NCBI GenBank assembly: GCA_963725875.1
Contig: CAVRZZ010000003.1
Span: 731,843-795,842, forward strand
From: an uncultured Chloroflexia bacterium
GTDB taxonomy: Bacteria > Chloroflexota > Limnocylindria > Limnocylindrales > CSP1-4
Reading direction: 5' to 3'
DNA: 64,000 nucleotides
In this document: positions 20,994 through 30,424 of the stretch, piece by piece
Numbering within the stretch: position 1 is the stretch's first letter
Layout: each line of letters opens with the position of its first letter
Position numbers and translations under genes: made by a program
The notes under the pieces: generated by a model
The model's input: only the letters and a program-made list of their open reading frames with translations
Told to the model about the DNA's origin: nothing
The model's database searches: none

Positions 20994-21353
20994 TCAGCAG
21001 GTGACGTGAAGGATCGCGTTCGTCGACCGGAGGTCGGCGTCAGGGGCCGAGAGCAGGGCGCAGGCCTCCTCGGTGGGGACCGCCACGAGCTCCACGCCCC
21101 GGCGCCGCGCCTCGGCGAGCACCTCTGAAGCGATCGGCAGGGCCCCGTCCGCTCCCGTGCCGACGACCAGCCGGCGGCAGTCCCAGGGGATGGGCTCGAG
21201 CAGGCTGAGCGGCGTGTGGCCGTAGCGGTCCCGCAGCGGCTTCGAAGCCTTCTTCTCCCGCTTGCCGACCCGTCCGCCCTCGATGACCACGTCGCGCTCG
21301 AACCGTTGGCCGTCGATCTCGATGACCCCGAAGGCGAGGAGCGACGCACGCAT
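20994..21353 (-). CDS. Mth938-like domain protein (DUF498 family)
   Basis: VVIEGGRVGKREKK…HTPLSLLEPIPWDCRRLVVGTGADGALPI matches the conserved Mth938 fold signature. Confidence 0.7.
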   Translation of the reverse strand: MRASLLAFGVIEIDGQRFERDVVIEGGRVGKREKKASKPLRDRYGHTPLSLLEPIPWDCRRLVVGTGADGALPIASEVLAEARRRGVELVAVPTEEACALLSAPDADLRSTNAILHVTC

Positions 21354-21428
21354 GGCTGCCTCCTCTGAGCTGCCCGCTACCGTGCTCGTCAGCTACTACG
21401 CTACCGCGCTGCCTACGACGCTGCCGCG

Positions 21429-22739
21429 CTACCCGACGATGACCGGATCGATGGGGTACGGCACGAGGATGTCGCCACCGGCGGGCGTGACCCGGTAGAC
21501 GTCCTCGTGGCGAACGCCGCCGAATCCCGGGATCGCGAGGACCGTGTGGCCGATCGTCATCGTCATCCCCTCGCGGAGCGGCACGTTCTTGTGCGGCGGG
21601 ATGATCGTGGAGGCCGGCGTCTCCTCGAATCGCAGGCCCAGGCCGTGGCCGATGCCGTGGACATGGTGCTGCTCCAGCCCGCGGCGGGCGAGGACCCCGC
21701 CGACGACGTGGTCGAGGTCGGCCACCGTCACCCCCGGGCGCATCGCGTCGCGCACGGCGGGGATCACGTCCGCGTACGCGTCGAGCAGGCCCTGCTGGCG
21801 CGCGTCCGGCTGCCCGACGACGAACGTCCGGGCCAGGTTCGCGCAGTAGCCTTCGACCTGCGGGGTGAGGTCGATAACCGCAAGGTCGCCGGCCTGCAGC
21901 GGGTTCGGGCTGAGGCGGCCGTGGAGCATGCACGTCTCGATGCCGAAGGTCACATAGATCGGCGTGCTCGTGCGCTCAGCGCCCGCGCGCATGAGCGCGT
22001 ACATCACCTCGGTCGCGATCTCATGGGCCGTGACGCCGGGCCGCAAAAGCTCGCGCGCGCGATCCATCCCGATGCCGGCCACGCGCTGGGCCTCGGCCAT
22101 CAGGGCCAGCTCGCCGTCGTCCTTGACCATCCGGAGCGGGTCCATCACGGGGTCGGACGAGACCAGCTCGATCGTGGGGTTGACCTTGCGGAACAGCTCG
22201 ACGAGGAAGGCGGGCGTCTCGAACCACATCTGCATGCCGACCTTCGGGCGGCCGGTCGCGGGCACACCGACGCGCTCGACGACCTCGCGCAGGAGCCCGA
22301 CCACCTCGTGGATCTGGCCGCCGACGGAGCCGAAGACGTGGACGTCGCCGCCGGCGCCCGCGAGCCCGGGGCCGGAGGCGTCCCCGACGGCACGGTCGCC
22401 GGCCTCCGCGGTGGCGTGAGCCTCGGCCGCAGCATGGGCCTCGGCCGCCGCGTGGGCCTCGGCCGCCAGGCTCGCCCGGATCTCGGGCTCCTCACCGGCG
22501 AAGGCGATGATCGTCGGCGGGCCCTCGACGGGGATGATGGCCCGCGGCTGGACGCGGTCGGTGCCGAAGACGTACCGGTAGTCGTCGTGGTTCATGACCA
22601 TGATCGCGACGAGGCCCTCCGCGCGCATGCGGGCCTGGACGCGGGCGATGCGGTCATGGCGAACGATCACGAGGCTCTCCTGCTGGCTGGCGTCATCGTG
22701 CCACGCCTCGGCAGGACGGGCGCTCGCAGCCGGTTCCAA
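21429..22739 (-). CDS. M24-family Xaa-Pro aminopeptidase / creatinase-like metallopeptidase
   Basis: M24 metal ligands (…DLAVIDL…, HGIGHGLGLRFEE, …TMTIGHTV…). Contains an in-frame (AAEAHA)x3 repeat encoded by an 18-nt tandem repeat at about 22420-22480. Confidence 0.8.
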   Translation of the reverse strand: MEPAASARPAEAWHDDASQQESLVIVRHDRIARVQARMRAEGLVAIMVMNHDDYRYVFGTDRVQPRAIIPVEGPPTIIAFAGEEPEIRASLAAEAHAAAEAHAAAEAHATAEAGDRAVGDASGPGLAGAGGDVHVFGSVGGQIHEVVGLLREVVERVGVPATGRPKVGMQMWFETPAFLVELFRKVNPTIELVSSDPVMDPLRMVKDDGELALMAEAQRVAGIGMDRARELLRPGVTAHEIATEVMYALMRAGAERTSTPIYVTFGIETCMLHGRLSPNPLQAGDLAVIDLTPQVEGYCANLARTFVVGQPDARQQGLLDAYADVIPAVRDAMRPGVTVADLDHVVGGVLARRGLEQHHVHGIGHGLGLRFEETPASTIIPPHKNVPLREGMTMTIGHTVLAIPGFGGVRHEDVYRVTPAGGDILVPYPIDPVIVG

Positions 22740-22783
22740 GGGAGCCAGCCGTCGCGTTCACCAGCCGTCGCGTTCACCAGGCG

Positions 22784-23012
22784 CGTGGAGGCCGGGGAGA
22801 CGCTCGAGGTGACCGAGCACGGCCGGCCGGTCGCGCGCCTGGGTCCTCTCCCGCCGCAGCGGATGGGCGCGCTCGAGCGCCTCGTGGCCGAGGGCCGGGC
22901 GACGGCGGGGACGGGCGGCACCCTCGCGGACCTCGGGCCGCCACCGGCGATCGGGCCCGGCCCGGCGCTCTCGAAGGTGCTGGCGCAGATGCGGAGCGAG
23001 GACGACCGGTGA
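22784..23012 (+). pseudogene. Phd/YefM-type antitoxin lacking its N-terminal ~20 aa
   Basis: …RRVEAGETLEVTEHGRPVARLGPLPPQ…LSKVLAQMRSEDDR matches the antitoxin family from the RVEAGE motif onward. The region upstream is occupied by the divergent peptidase start and a 17-bp tandem duplication (agccgtcgcgttcacc x2, 22746-22778). Confidence 0.45.
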
Positions 23013-23402
23013 CCGTGTACCTCGATGCCTCAGCGCTCGTGAAGCTGGTCGCACCAGAGGCGGAGACGGAGGCGCTGCTCGCGTTCCTCGTGGGCCACGC
23101 ATCGCAGGCGACGAGCGTGGTCGGGCTCGTCGAGGTCCGTCGCGCTGCCGCCCGCCGACCGGGAGTTCCGGCCGAACGCGTCGAGGCCGTCCTGGCGAGG
23201 CTCGCGTCGATCGCGCTCGAGATCCCCGCGTGGGCAGCATCGCCGGCACCGTGGAGCCGCCGTCGCGCCGCACGCTCGACGCCATCCACCTGGCGTCCGC
23301 AGCGGTGCTGGCTGACGATCTCGACGCTCTCGTGACGTACGACCGGCGCCTCGCCGAGGCCGCGAACGCGCTGGGCCTGCCGACCGCCTCGCCGGAAGCC
23401 TG
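23009..23402 (+). pseudogene. PIN-domain VapC-type toxin interrupted by a frameshift near 23215-23230
   Basis: N-part VYLDASALVKLVAPEAETEALLAFL… is in the frame of ORF 23009..23335. The conserved C-part …RTLDAIHLASAAVLADDLDALVTYDRRLAEAANALGLPTASPEA* lies in the +1 frame and ends at about 23402. Confidence 0.5.
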
Positions 23403-23474
23403 ACGCGAAGCAGGCGCGCCGACGCGGGACGGGCGCGCCGACCAGGTCCAGCCCACGCCGGCGGCGAAGGGTGC

Positions 23475-23897
23475 ATGCTGTCCCGCATGGCAGTGAACTC
23501 GAAGCTCGTGCGCATCTACCTGCTCACGGACCCGGTGGAAGGGCGGCCGGACGGCGCCTGGATGATCGAGTACCGCGGCCAGGCCTTCGTCACCGACCCG
23601 GGCGGCGGCAACCCCGAGTCCTTCGCCTGGAGCGGCCAGGCGCGGGAGCCGGTCGAGAGCCGGGTGCGAGCCAAGGCGCCCGCCACGGGCTTCGACGCGA
23701 TGAGTCGGGAGGACATCGCCCGTGCGCTGCGAATCAACCCGGCGCTCCTGACCTTCGTCGAGCACGGCGAGCCGGGCTTCCCCGGGCCGATCCTCGAGTT
23801 CCGCGACGGACCCATCTGGGATGCCGAGGCGGTGGAGCGGTGGATCCCGACGCGCCAACCCCAGGACTCGCGCCGCACGAGCGTGCCGCGGACCTGA
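23475..23897 (+). CDS. hypothetical protein
   Basis: Balanced amino-acid composition (K, N, I, F, Y, W present), unlike the GC-driven artefact ORFs. No recognisable domain. Confidence 0.35.
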   Translation: MLSRMAVNSKLVRIYLLTDPVEGRPDGAWMIEYRGQAFVTDPGGGNPESFAWSGQAREPVESRVRAKAPATGFDAMSREDIARALRINPALLTFVEHGEPGFPGPILEFRDGPIWDAEAVERWIPTRQPQDSRRTSVPRT

Positions 23898-24480
23898 TCT
23901 GCCAGGCTGGGGGTCTCCGGCGCCGAAGACGATAGAGCCGGCGTTTCGTCCTGTTTCCCGTCAGGGAGGCGAGACTGCCGGCTCATGGTTCGAATTGCGA
24001 GCGGACGGACGGCCCCAGGCCTCCGACCGCCCGGGGAAGCCGGCGCGGGTGTCGCTCGAGATGTTCCCGGCGCGGGGTCTGGTCACGAGGTTTGCAGCGC
24101 CACGCGATGCGTCAGCCGTGGACGTGAGCGCCAGGCCTGTTGACCTGCGCCGCCGCGGAACGGGCTCGATGGCCCAGGGCATCGCCACTGCCGTACCTCC
24201 GAGACGTCCTCCCGGCTGCCCGGGAAATGGAGGTCGATAGGTGGATTGTCCCACTCGGATGCAAGCCCGGCCATACCCCATGTCGCTGCTCGGGGAATCC
24301 CTCAGGGCCGACTGCTCCGCGACGTTGTCAGTCTCCAACCGATGAGGGCTGCGGCACGGGTTGGGGGTCGTCGGCCGCTGCCGCGCCGCAGTCGCTGCCG
24401 TGCCGCGGCCGCGGTCGCCGCCGCCGTGCCGCCGCCGCGATCGCCGCCGGCCGTGCCGGCCGTACCGGCGACCCCTTCTG

Positions 24481-24597
24481 AGCAGACTATCTGCTCACTG
24501 ACGGGCCTCTTGAGCACGGCGGTCACCCCCGAAGTGCGGATTCGGCGTGAGCTCCACGCTCACGCCCCCGAATCCTGAACAGACTATCTGCTCTGAC
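24481..24597. promoter_or_regulatory. two copies of a 13-bp palindrome GCAGA-cta-TCTGC flanking a 15-bp-stem hairpin
   Basis: agcagactatctgctc at 24481 and acagactatctgctc at 24582. Between them lies GGATTCGGCGTGAGC-tccac-GCTCACGCCCCCGAATCC. This segment is the only AT-richer part of a 900-bp intergenic tract. Confidence 0.3.
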
Positions 24598-24604
24598 CGG
24601 CCAG

Positions 24605-24790
24605 GCCGATCGCGCAGCCTGGCGCGGGGAGCCGAGCCCGGGAATGAGGCTGACGGCGAGAACGAGGCTCCCCCCCCGGGGGGGGGACGAAGCGCGCGGC
24701 GGGAACGAGGCTCCCGCCGGGAGCCGAGCCCGGCGGACCAGGCTCCCGGCGGGGCAGAGGCGCCCGGCGGGACCCGCCCCCCCGCTCGAT
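24605..24790. repeat. degenerate tandem ~20-nt units (…gaggctcccgccggg…) including a C8-G9 homopolymer palindrome
   Basis: aacgaggctccccccccggggggggg, aacgaggctcccgccggg, accaggctcccggcgggg and agaggcgcccggcggg lie immediately 3' of the AKR stop. Confidence 0.3.
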
Positions 24791-25833
24791 TACACCCGCT
24801 GGTCGGTGCTGGGCTTCTCCCAGAGGTTGACGCCGCCCTCCACGGCGTAGCGGTCGATCTCGGCCAGCTCCTCGGGCGTGAACGAGAGGTTGGCCAGCGC
24901 CCCGACGTTCTCGCGGATCTGCTCGGGTGAGCTGGCCCCGATCAGGCTGGTGGTGACCCGCGGGTCGCGGAGCACCCAGGCCAGCGCCATCTGGGCCAAC
25001 GACTGGCCGCGACGCCGGGCGATCCCGTTGAGACCCCGGACTCGGGCGAGGTTCCCCTCGGAGAGCATGTCGCGCTGGAACGAGTCGCCGCCCGGGCGAT
25101 TGATCCGCGCGTCGGCCGGGATCCCGTCGAGGTACTTGTCGGTGAGGAGCCCCTGGGCGAGGGCCGTGAAGGCGATCATCCCGACGCCGAGCTCGCCGAT
25201 GGCGTCGAGCAGGTCGGGCTCCACCCACCGGTTGAACAGGTTGTAGCTCGGTTGGTGGATGAGGAGCGGCACGCCCTCCGCACGCAGGATCGCGGCCGCC
25301 TCGCGTGTCTTCCCCGCCGAGTACGACGAGATCCCGACGTACAGCGCCTTGCCCGCGCGGACCGCCGTGGCGAGCGCGCCCATCGTCTCCTCGAGCGGGG
25401 TATCCGCGTCGAAGCGGTGCGAGTAGAAGATGTCGAAGTAGTCGACGCCGACCCGCCGCAGGCTCTGGTCCAGGCTCGCCAGCACGTACTTGCGGGAGCC
25501 ACCACCCTGGCCATACGGGCCCGGCCACATGTCCCAGCCGGCCTTGCTGGAGATGATCAGCTCGTCGCGGTGGGCCGCCAGATCCTTGCGCAGGATCCGC
25601 CCGAAGTTGATCTCGGCGCTGCCGTACGGCGGGCCGTAGTTGTTGGCCAGGTCGAAGTGGGTGATGCCGAGGTCGAAGGCGGTGTGGACCATCGCCCGCT
25701 GCTTCGCGAGCGCCGTCGTGTCGCCGAAGTTGTGCCACAGCCCCAGCGAGAGCGGGGGGAGCTGCAGGCCGCTGCGCCCGCAGAAGCGGTAGGTCATCGC
25801 CGAGTAGCGGTCGGCTGCGGGCTCGTAGGTCAC
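24790..25833 (-). CDS. aldo-keto reductase, YghZ/Gpr (L-glyceraldehyde 3-phosphate reductase)-like
   Basis: Near-colinear with the YghZ family from VTYEPAADRYSAMTYRFCGRSGLQLPPLSLGLWHNFG through …NLSFTPEELAEID. GTG start chosen by that alignment. The listed ORF extends to 26010 through a PLSA-repeat leader. Confidence 0.9.
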   Translation of the reverse strand: MTYEPAADRYSAMTYRFCGRSGLQLPPLSLGLWHNFGDTTALAKQRAMVHTAFDLGITHFDLANNYGPPYGSAEINFGRILRKDLAAHRDELIISSKAGWDMWPGPYGQGGGSRKYVLASLDQSLRRVGVDYFDIFYSHRFDADTPLEETMGALATAVRAGKALYVGISSYSAGKTREAAAILRAEGVPLLIHQPSYNLFNRWVEPDLLDAIGELGVGMIAFTALAQGLLTDKYLDGIPADARINRPGGDSFQRDMLSEGNLARVRGLNGIARRRGQSLAQMALAWVLRDPRVTTSLIGASSPEQIRENVGALANLSFTPEELAEIDRYAVEGGVNLWEKPSTDQRV

Positions 25834-26013
25834 CGTGGCGCCTCCGGGGATAGGTTCGTGGCGGGGAGCGTGTTCATGATGGCGCCGCGGAGCCCCGGAT
25901 GCCGGGTCGGAGCGGCGCCAGCGGCCGGCGGGAGCACGGGCCGCGAGCGCGGCCGACAGGGGCACGGCCGACGGGAGCACGGCCGACAGGGGCTCGGCCG
26001 GCCGGCGCACTCC

Positions 26014-27236
26014 TCAGATGGCGACCCCGGCGCCGCCGGCGTCCGGCGCCCCCAGGTCCTCCACGGTCATGTCGAAGGGCCGGACGAGCCGCGTCAGCGC
26101 CAGCACGACCAGGACGATTGCGGCGAAGACCAGGAAGCCGGCGGCAAAGTCGCCGGTCGCGTCGAGGAGGGTCCCGAACAGGGGCGGGCCGACGACGGCC
26201 GTGAGCAGGCCGCCCCAGCCGACGATCGCCTGGGCCGACGCGGGGCTGCTCGGCGCGCTCGCCGCGGCACCGTTGAAGACGGCTGCGTACGGCAGGCCGA
26301 CGCCGAGACCCGTCACGACGAGCCCGGCGATCGCCAGCGGGAGCACGGGCGCCAGCGCCAGCGCCACGAGCCCGACGATCGCGAGGGCGAGCCCGGCCCG
26401 GATGAGCAGAATCGGCCGGATGCCGCCCTCCAGGATCGCGCCGCCCGACGCGCGGGCGGCGATGCCGGTGACGAGGGTCAGCGAGCCGATCAGCCCCGCG
26501 GCCGCGAGGGGCAGCCCGAAGGCGTCCGCCAGGTAGAGGGTGACCCATGTGCCGACGACGATCGCCATCCCGAAGCCGCACATGTGGCACAGCGCCAGCA
26601 GCCACGTGTTCCGCTCGCGGAGAGCGTCGAGGAGCGCGGCCCGCGCCCGCGACGCGGAGGGGACCCGGGGCTCGCCCGGGGCGAGGAGCGTCCAGGCGAC
26701 CCAGACCGCGGCCACGCCGAGGGCGGAGAGCGTGAACGCGAGCCGCCAGTCGCCGGACGGACCCGCCAGGACCGGGATGTACATCAGCGTGATCCCCGAC
26801 CCCAGCAGGAACGCGGCCCCGTAGAGGCCCTGGGCGAGATGGCGGCCCCGGTCGTCGTAGATCGACGTCGTGTAGGCCGCGCCGGCGGCGAACCCGAAGC
26901 CGGATCCGAGACCGCCCAGGACGCGCCACGCGAGCAGGGCGGGGAAGGTCGGGGCCAGCAGCCCGGCACCGAGACCGCCGACCGTCACGAGCAAGAACCC
27001 GAGCGTGACCGCGGGCCGCGGGCCGATCCGATCGGCGATGGCACCGCCCGCCAACATCGTGGTCGCCGCGCCCGCGAAGAACGCCGTGGCGATCATGCCG
27101 GCGTCGGCCGACGACAGCGCGAACTCCGCCCGAACGAACCCGAGCACGGGGCCCTGGATCGTGTAGTTGGTGGCCACGGCGACCGCGACCGCGCAGACCA
27201 GGAGGAGCGCCCTGCGGCGCGATGAAGGGGGCACCC
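26014..27236 (-). CDS. MFS transporter
   Basis: Twelve hydrophobic helices, with an MFS-like GRHLAQGLYGAAFLLG loop. Start taken at VPPSSRRRALLLV. Confidence 0.8.
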
Positions 27237-27372
27237 GCGAACTGTAGCGATCCGGGCGGCCGGGCGATGCCGGCGCCTCCCGGTGCGTCCGCGCGTCAGA
27301 GCCGGGGTCGCCGCGCCCGGGTCGGCGGCGCGCGGTCAATCCGGGTCCCCCCGTCGGGCCACTGTGTGGGGC

Positions 27373-27765
27373 ATGCACGCCAAGGCTCGGTCGTCCGCCG
27401 TGAACGTGATCGTCGTCGGGGGCGGGATCGTCGCCACGGCGGCGCCGCGTTCCTACCCGGCGGGCTGGATGGAGCCGATCCTGGTCCGTGCGGCGCGGTT
27501 CATCCCGAGCGTGGCCGACGCGCCGATCCGGGGCACGCGGGCCTGCGCCCGACCGCAGAGCGCAGACGGGCGGCCGCTGATCGGGCGCGTGCCCGACCGC
27601 CGGAACCTGTACGTCTGCTCGGGGCACGGGCCGTGGGGCATCTCGACCAGCCCGGCGTCGGCACGCCTCGCCGCGGACCTCGTCCTCGGGCGCGAGCGGT
27701 CCATCCCGGTCGAGCTCGACCCCGCGCGCTTCGACCCGCTCCAGGCCCCGCGTCTCCCCGAGTGA
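27373..27765 (+). pseudogene. FAD-dependent (DadA/ThiO-type) amino-acid oxidase remnant: GxGxxG motif fused in-frame to the C-terminal ~110 aa
   Basis: VNVIVVGGGIVATAA is followed directly by the C-terminal region (…GRPLIGRVPDRRNLYVCSGHGPWGISTSPASARLAADLVLG…). About 250 aa of the middle are missing. Confidence 0.5.
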
Positions 27766-27804
27766 CCTGTGCCGGTCTCGGGACCGTGTGGCCGGGCGGG
27801 GCCG

Positions 27805-28704
27805 TCACGCCCAGTGGGCTGGACGACGCAGGGACACGGGAACCCGGGTCCGCCGATCTCCCCGCGCGGAATCGACCTGGGACTGGACCAGGAACAGGGC
27901 GTCCCGCAGGTCGGAGCCGGAGAGGTCCGCACCCCGGAGATCCGCCCCGGTGAGGTCGGCCAGCGCGAGATCGACGCCGCGCAGGTCGGCGGCGATCAGG
28001 GACGCGCCCCGCAGGAGGGAGCCGCGGAGGTCAATGGCGCGCAGGTCCGCACCGATGAGGTCCGCCCCCCGCCGATTGAGCGCCGGACCGGGGGAGGTTG
28101 CGCGCGCGAGCGCGCTCGCGCGGGACAGCAGGGCGTTCACCGCCTGCCGGTAGGCCGCCACGTCGAGCGCTTCCAGCGCCGCAGCGTCACCATCCGCGAG
28201 GCCGTCGGTCTCGTCGTGGGCCGCCCGGAGCTCGGGGTGGAGCGGGCGCGTCGCAGCGAGCTCGAGTGCCTCGACCAGGTACCACAGCAGCTCGTGGAGC
28301 TGGCGCACGGTCCAGAAGGCGGCAGCCAGCCCGGGCGCGATGTCGGGATCCGCCCGCCAGCCGGCCCCGGCGAACACCGCCTGCGAGACGCGCTGTCCCG
28401 CGCCGAAGCAGTCGTAGGCGGCGCATCCCGGGAACCCCTGGTCCCGCAGGCCCGCGTGGATCCCGCACCGGAAGTCGGCCTGGAGATTCGGACACGGCTG
28501 GCCAGCAGCCTTGTCGATCGCGAAGTCCGCCGAGGCGGCGAAGGCGGGCACGACGCAGCACAGGCCGAAGCACTTCTCGCAGTCGGCGCGGAGAGCGGGT
28601 CGCGGTCCTGCCCGGTCGGGCGCCGGGCAATTGTCCATGGCCGCATTCTCGGTCGCCTGACGGGGTCTCGCCAGCTCCGCGGCGACGGGACGCCCGCCGG
28701 TCAT
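27805..28704 (-). CDS. pentapeptide-repeat protein with a Cys-rich N-terminal domain
   Basis: C-terminal A(D/N)LxG pentapeptide tract (ADLIGADLRAIDLRGSLLRGASLIAADLRGVDLALADLTGADLRGADLSGSDL). N-terminal cysteines: CEKCFGLCC…CPNLQADFRCGIHAG…GCAAYDCFGAG. Confidence 0.7.
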   Translation of the reverse strand: MTGGRPVAAELARPRQATENAAMDNCPAPDRAGPRPALRADCEKCFGLCCVVPAFAASADFAIDKAAGQPCPNLQADFRCGIHAGLRDQGFPGCAAYDCFGAGQRVSQAVFAGAGWRADPDIAPGLAAAFWTVRQLHELLWYLVEALELAATRPLHPELRAAHDETDGLADGDAAALEALDVAAYRQAVNALLSRASALARATSPGPALNRRGADLIGADLRAIDLRGSLLRGASLIAADLRGVDLALADLTGADLRGADLSGSDLRDALFLVQSQVDSARGDRRTRVPVSLRRPAHWA

Positions 28705-29905
28705 GCGCGGGTCAGCGGATCAGGCCGTGTCCTTGTCCTTGGCCTTGGCCCATCATCGTGCCGTGTCGAAGCCTCGCCGCCCGCTGCATTCACCGTCCGT
28801 TCCGGTGGACGAAACGACCGATCCGCCGTCCCGAGCCTCGGAGTCCCCGCGGGGGGCACCCGGCCCCGACGGCGAGACTCCGCAGGCAGCCGAAGGATCG
28901 AGCACCGGGATCACCGAGGCAGTCGAGCCCTCGCGCAGCTATCGCATCCGCCTCTTCGACGCCGACCGGACGGACCGGGAGGTCACGTTCGAGGAGGCGC
29001 TCGGCATGGAGCCCGGCAAGCGCCAGCTGCTGTGGATCGACATCGTGGCGCCGATGCACGAGGCGGACGCGGCCGCCCTCGCCGAGAGGCTCCAGCTGAA
29101 ACCCGCCACTCGCGCCTGGCTCGAAGCGGTCGAATCACGTCCCCTGCTCGCGCTTCACGGCTCCTACTTCACGCTGCGGGTCGGCACGATCCACGCCGAG
29201 GACGGCCGCGAGGAGGTGCGCTGGCTGGTCATCATCGCAGCCATCAACACCGTCGTGACGGTCCACGCCGAGCCGATCGAGCTCCTCGACGACCTGAACA
29301 CCCGGATCCAGGCGGACACGCTCGTCGGCCTTATCGACGCCGCCTCGTTCGTGTCGGTGCTCGTCGACTCCGCCCTGACCTCCTACCTGACGGCCGCCGA
29401 CGCGATCGAGGACGCGGTCGACCGGCTAGATGCGCAGTCGCTGCGGAGCGACGTCGGGGACGATCGCCTGGGCCAGCTCGTCGCGCTCCGCGGGAGGATC
29501 ACCCGCCTTCGCCGGAGTCTCGCATCTCACCGTGAGATGTTCGCCGCCCTCGGCAGGGCCGACTTTGCGACGATCGTGGAGGGGGATGTCGGCGCGCCAT
29601 TCGCCGCGGTGGCCGAGCACTACGACCGCGCCCTGCGGGCAGTTGAGAACGCCCGTGATCACCTGCTCGGGTCCTTCGACGTGTACATGACGCGCACCGC
29701 GCAGCGCACGAATGAGATCGTGAAGGTCCTCACGATCGTGTCCATCTTCCTGCTGCCGGGCGCCCTCATCGTCGGCTTCATGGGCATGAATCAGAAGGCG
29801 CCATACTCGATCGATGACCCGCGGGTGTTCTGGCTCGTCGTGGCACTCATCGCGGCGATCGCCGTCGGAACGTTCGTCGTCCTTCGCCTGCGCCGCTGGT
29901 TCTAG
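28703..29905 (+). CDS. corA: CorA-family Mg2+/Co2+ transporter
   Basis: GFMGMN signature plus two C-terminal TM helices. Start position uncertain: the first ~100 aa of the ORF may be leader. Confidence 0.8.
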   Translation: MRGSADQAVSLSLALAHHRAVSKPRRPLHSPSVPVDETTDPPSRASESPRGAPGPDGETPQAAEGSSTGITEAVEPSRSYRIRLFDADRTDREVTFEEALGMEPGKRQLLWIDIVAPMHEADAAALAERLQLKPATRAWLEAVESRPLLALHGSYFTLRVGTIHAEDGREEVRWLVIIAAINTVVTVHAEPIELLDDLNTRIQADTLVGLIDAASFVSVLVDSALTSYLTAADAIEDAVDRLDAQSLRSDVGDDRLGQLVALRGRITRLRRSLASHREMFAALGRADFATIVEGDVGAPFAAVAEHYDRALRAVENARDHLLGSFDVYMTRTAQRTNEIVKVLTIVSIFLLPGALIVGFMGMNQKAPYSIDDPRVFWLVVALIAAIAVGTFVVLRLRRWF

Positions 29906-29998
29906 GCGGTGATCGACCGCTGACGTTCGTGTTCAGGCATGCGCCGTGGCGTCAATCCGATCACGGCCCGCGCCCGCCCGTGCCCGCGACGACGGTGG

Positions 29999-30424
29999 CT
30001 ACTGCGACGCGCTCCGGCTCGCCTCCTCTGGTGACGGCGAATCGATCGCTGATCCCATCCCGTCGTCGGTGGCCCGGTCGAGCAGCTCTCGATCAAGGGC
30101 CTCGTTTTCGACCACGACGTCCATCGCGTGTCGGCGACGCCACCAGGCGGCGAGCACGATCACACCGATGATCCCGAGGGTGAGCCCGATCAGCGCCGGT
30201 CGACGCCGGGACCGACGTTGGCTCCGACCCTGCATTCGCGCGACAGCCACGCCCAGCGACTCGGCGGCATCGCCGACCAGCTCTCGACCGACCTCGACTC
30301 GCTCGCCGACGTCAGTCCGGATCGCGTCGAGTGAGTCGGAGAGGTCGACGTTCCGCGCCGTGCGGACCGCTGCCGCGAGGCCGCTGGAGAGATCCGATGT
30401 GAGGAGACTACCTGGTCCTGCCAT
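29999..30424 (-). CDS. hypothetical membrane-anchored protein
   Basis: Single TM helix (LIGLTLGIIGVIVLAAWW) with an acidic C-terminus. Realistic composition. Confidence 0.4.
   Translation of the reverse strand: MAGPGSLLTSDLSSGLAAAVRTARNVDLSDSLDAIRTDVGERVEVGRELVGDAAESLGVAVARMQGRSQRRSRRRPALIGLTLGIIGVIVLAAWWRRRHAMDVVVENEALDRELLDRATDDGMGSAIDSPSPEEASRSASQ

Noticed and set aside
21507-22740. Upstream part of ORF 21507..23012 (+) as an N-terminal extension of the antitoxin
   Set aside because: It is antisense to the well-supported M24 peptidase and has artefact composition. Only the last ~77 codons show antitoxin homology.
23960-24020. GGTTCGAAT (T-loop consensus) in the intergenic tract
   Set aside because: The flanking sequence cannot form a T-stem or acceptor stem, so it is an isolated motif match.
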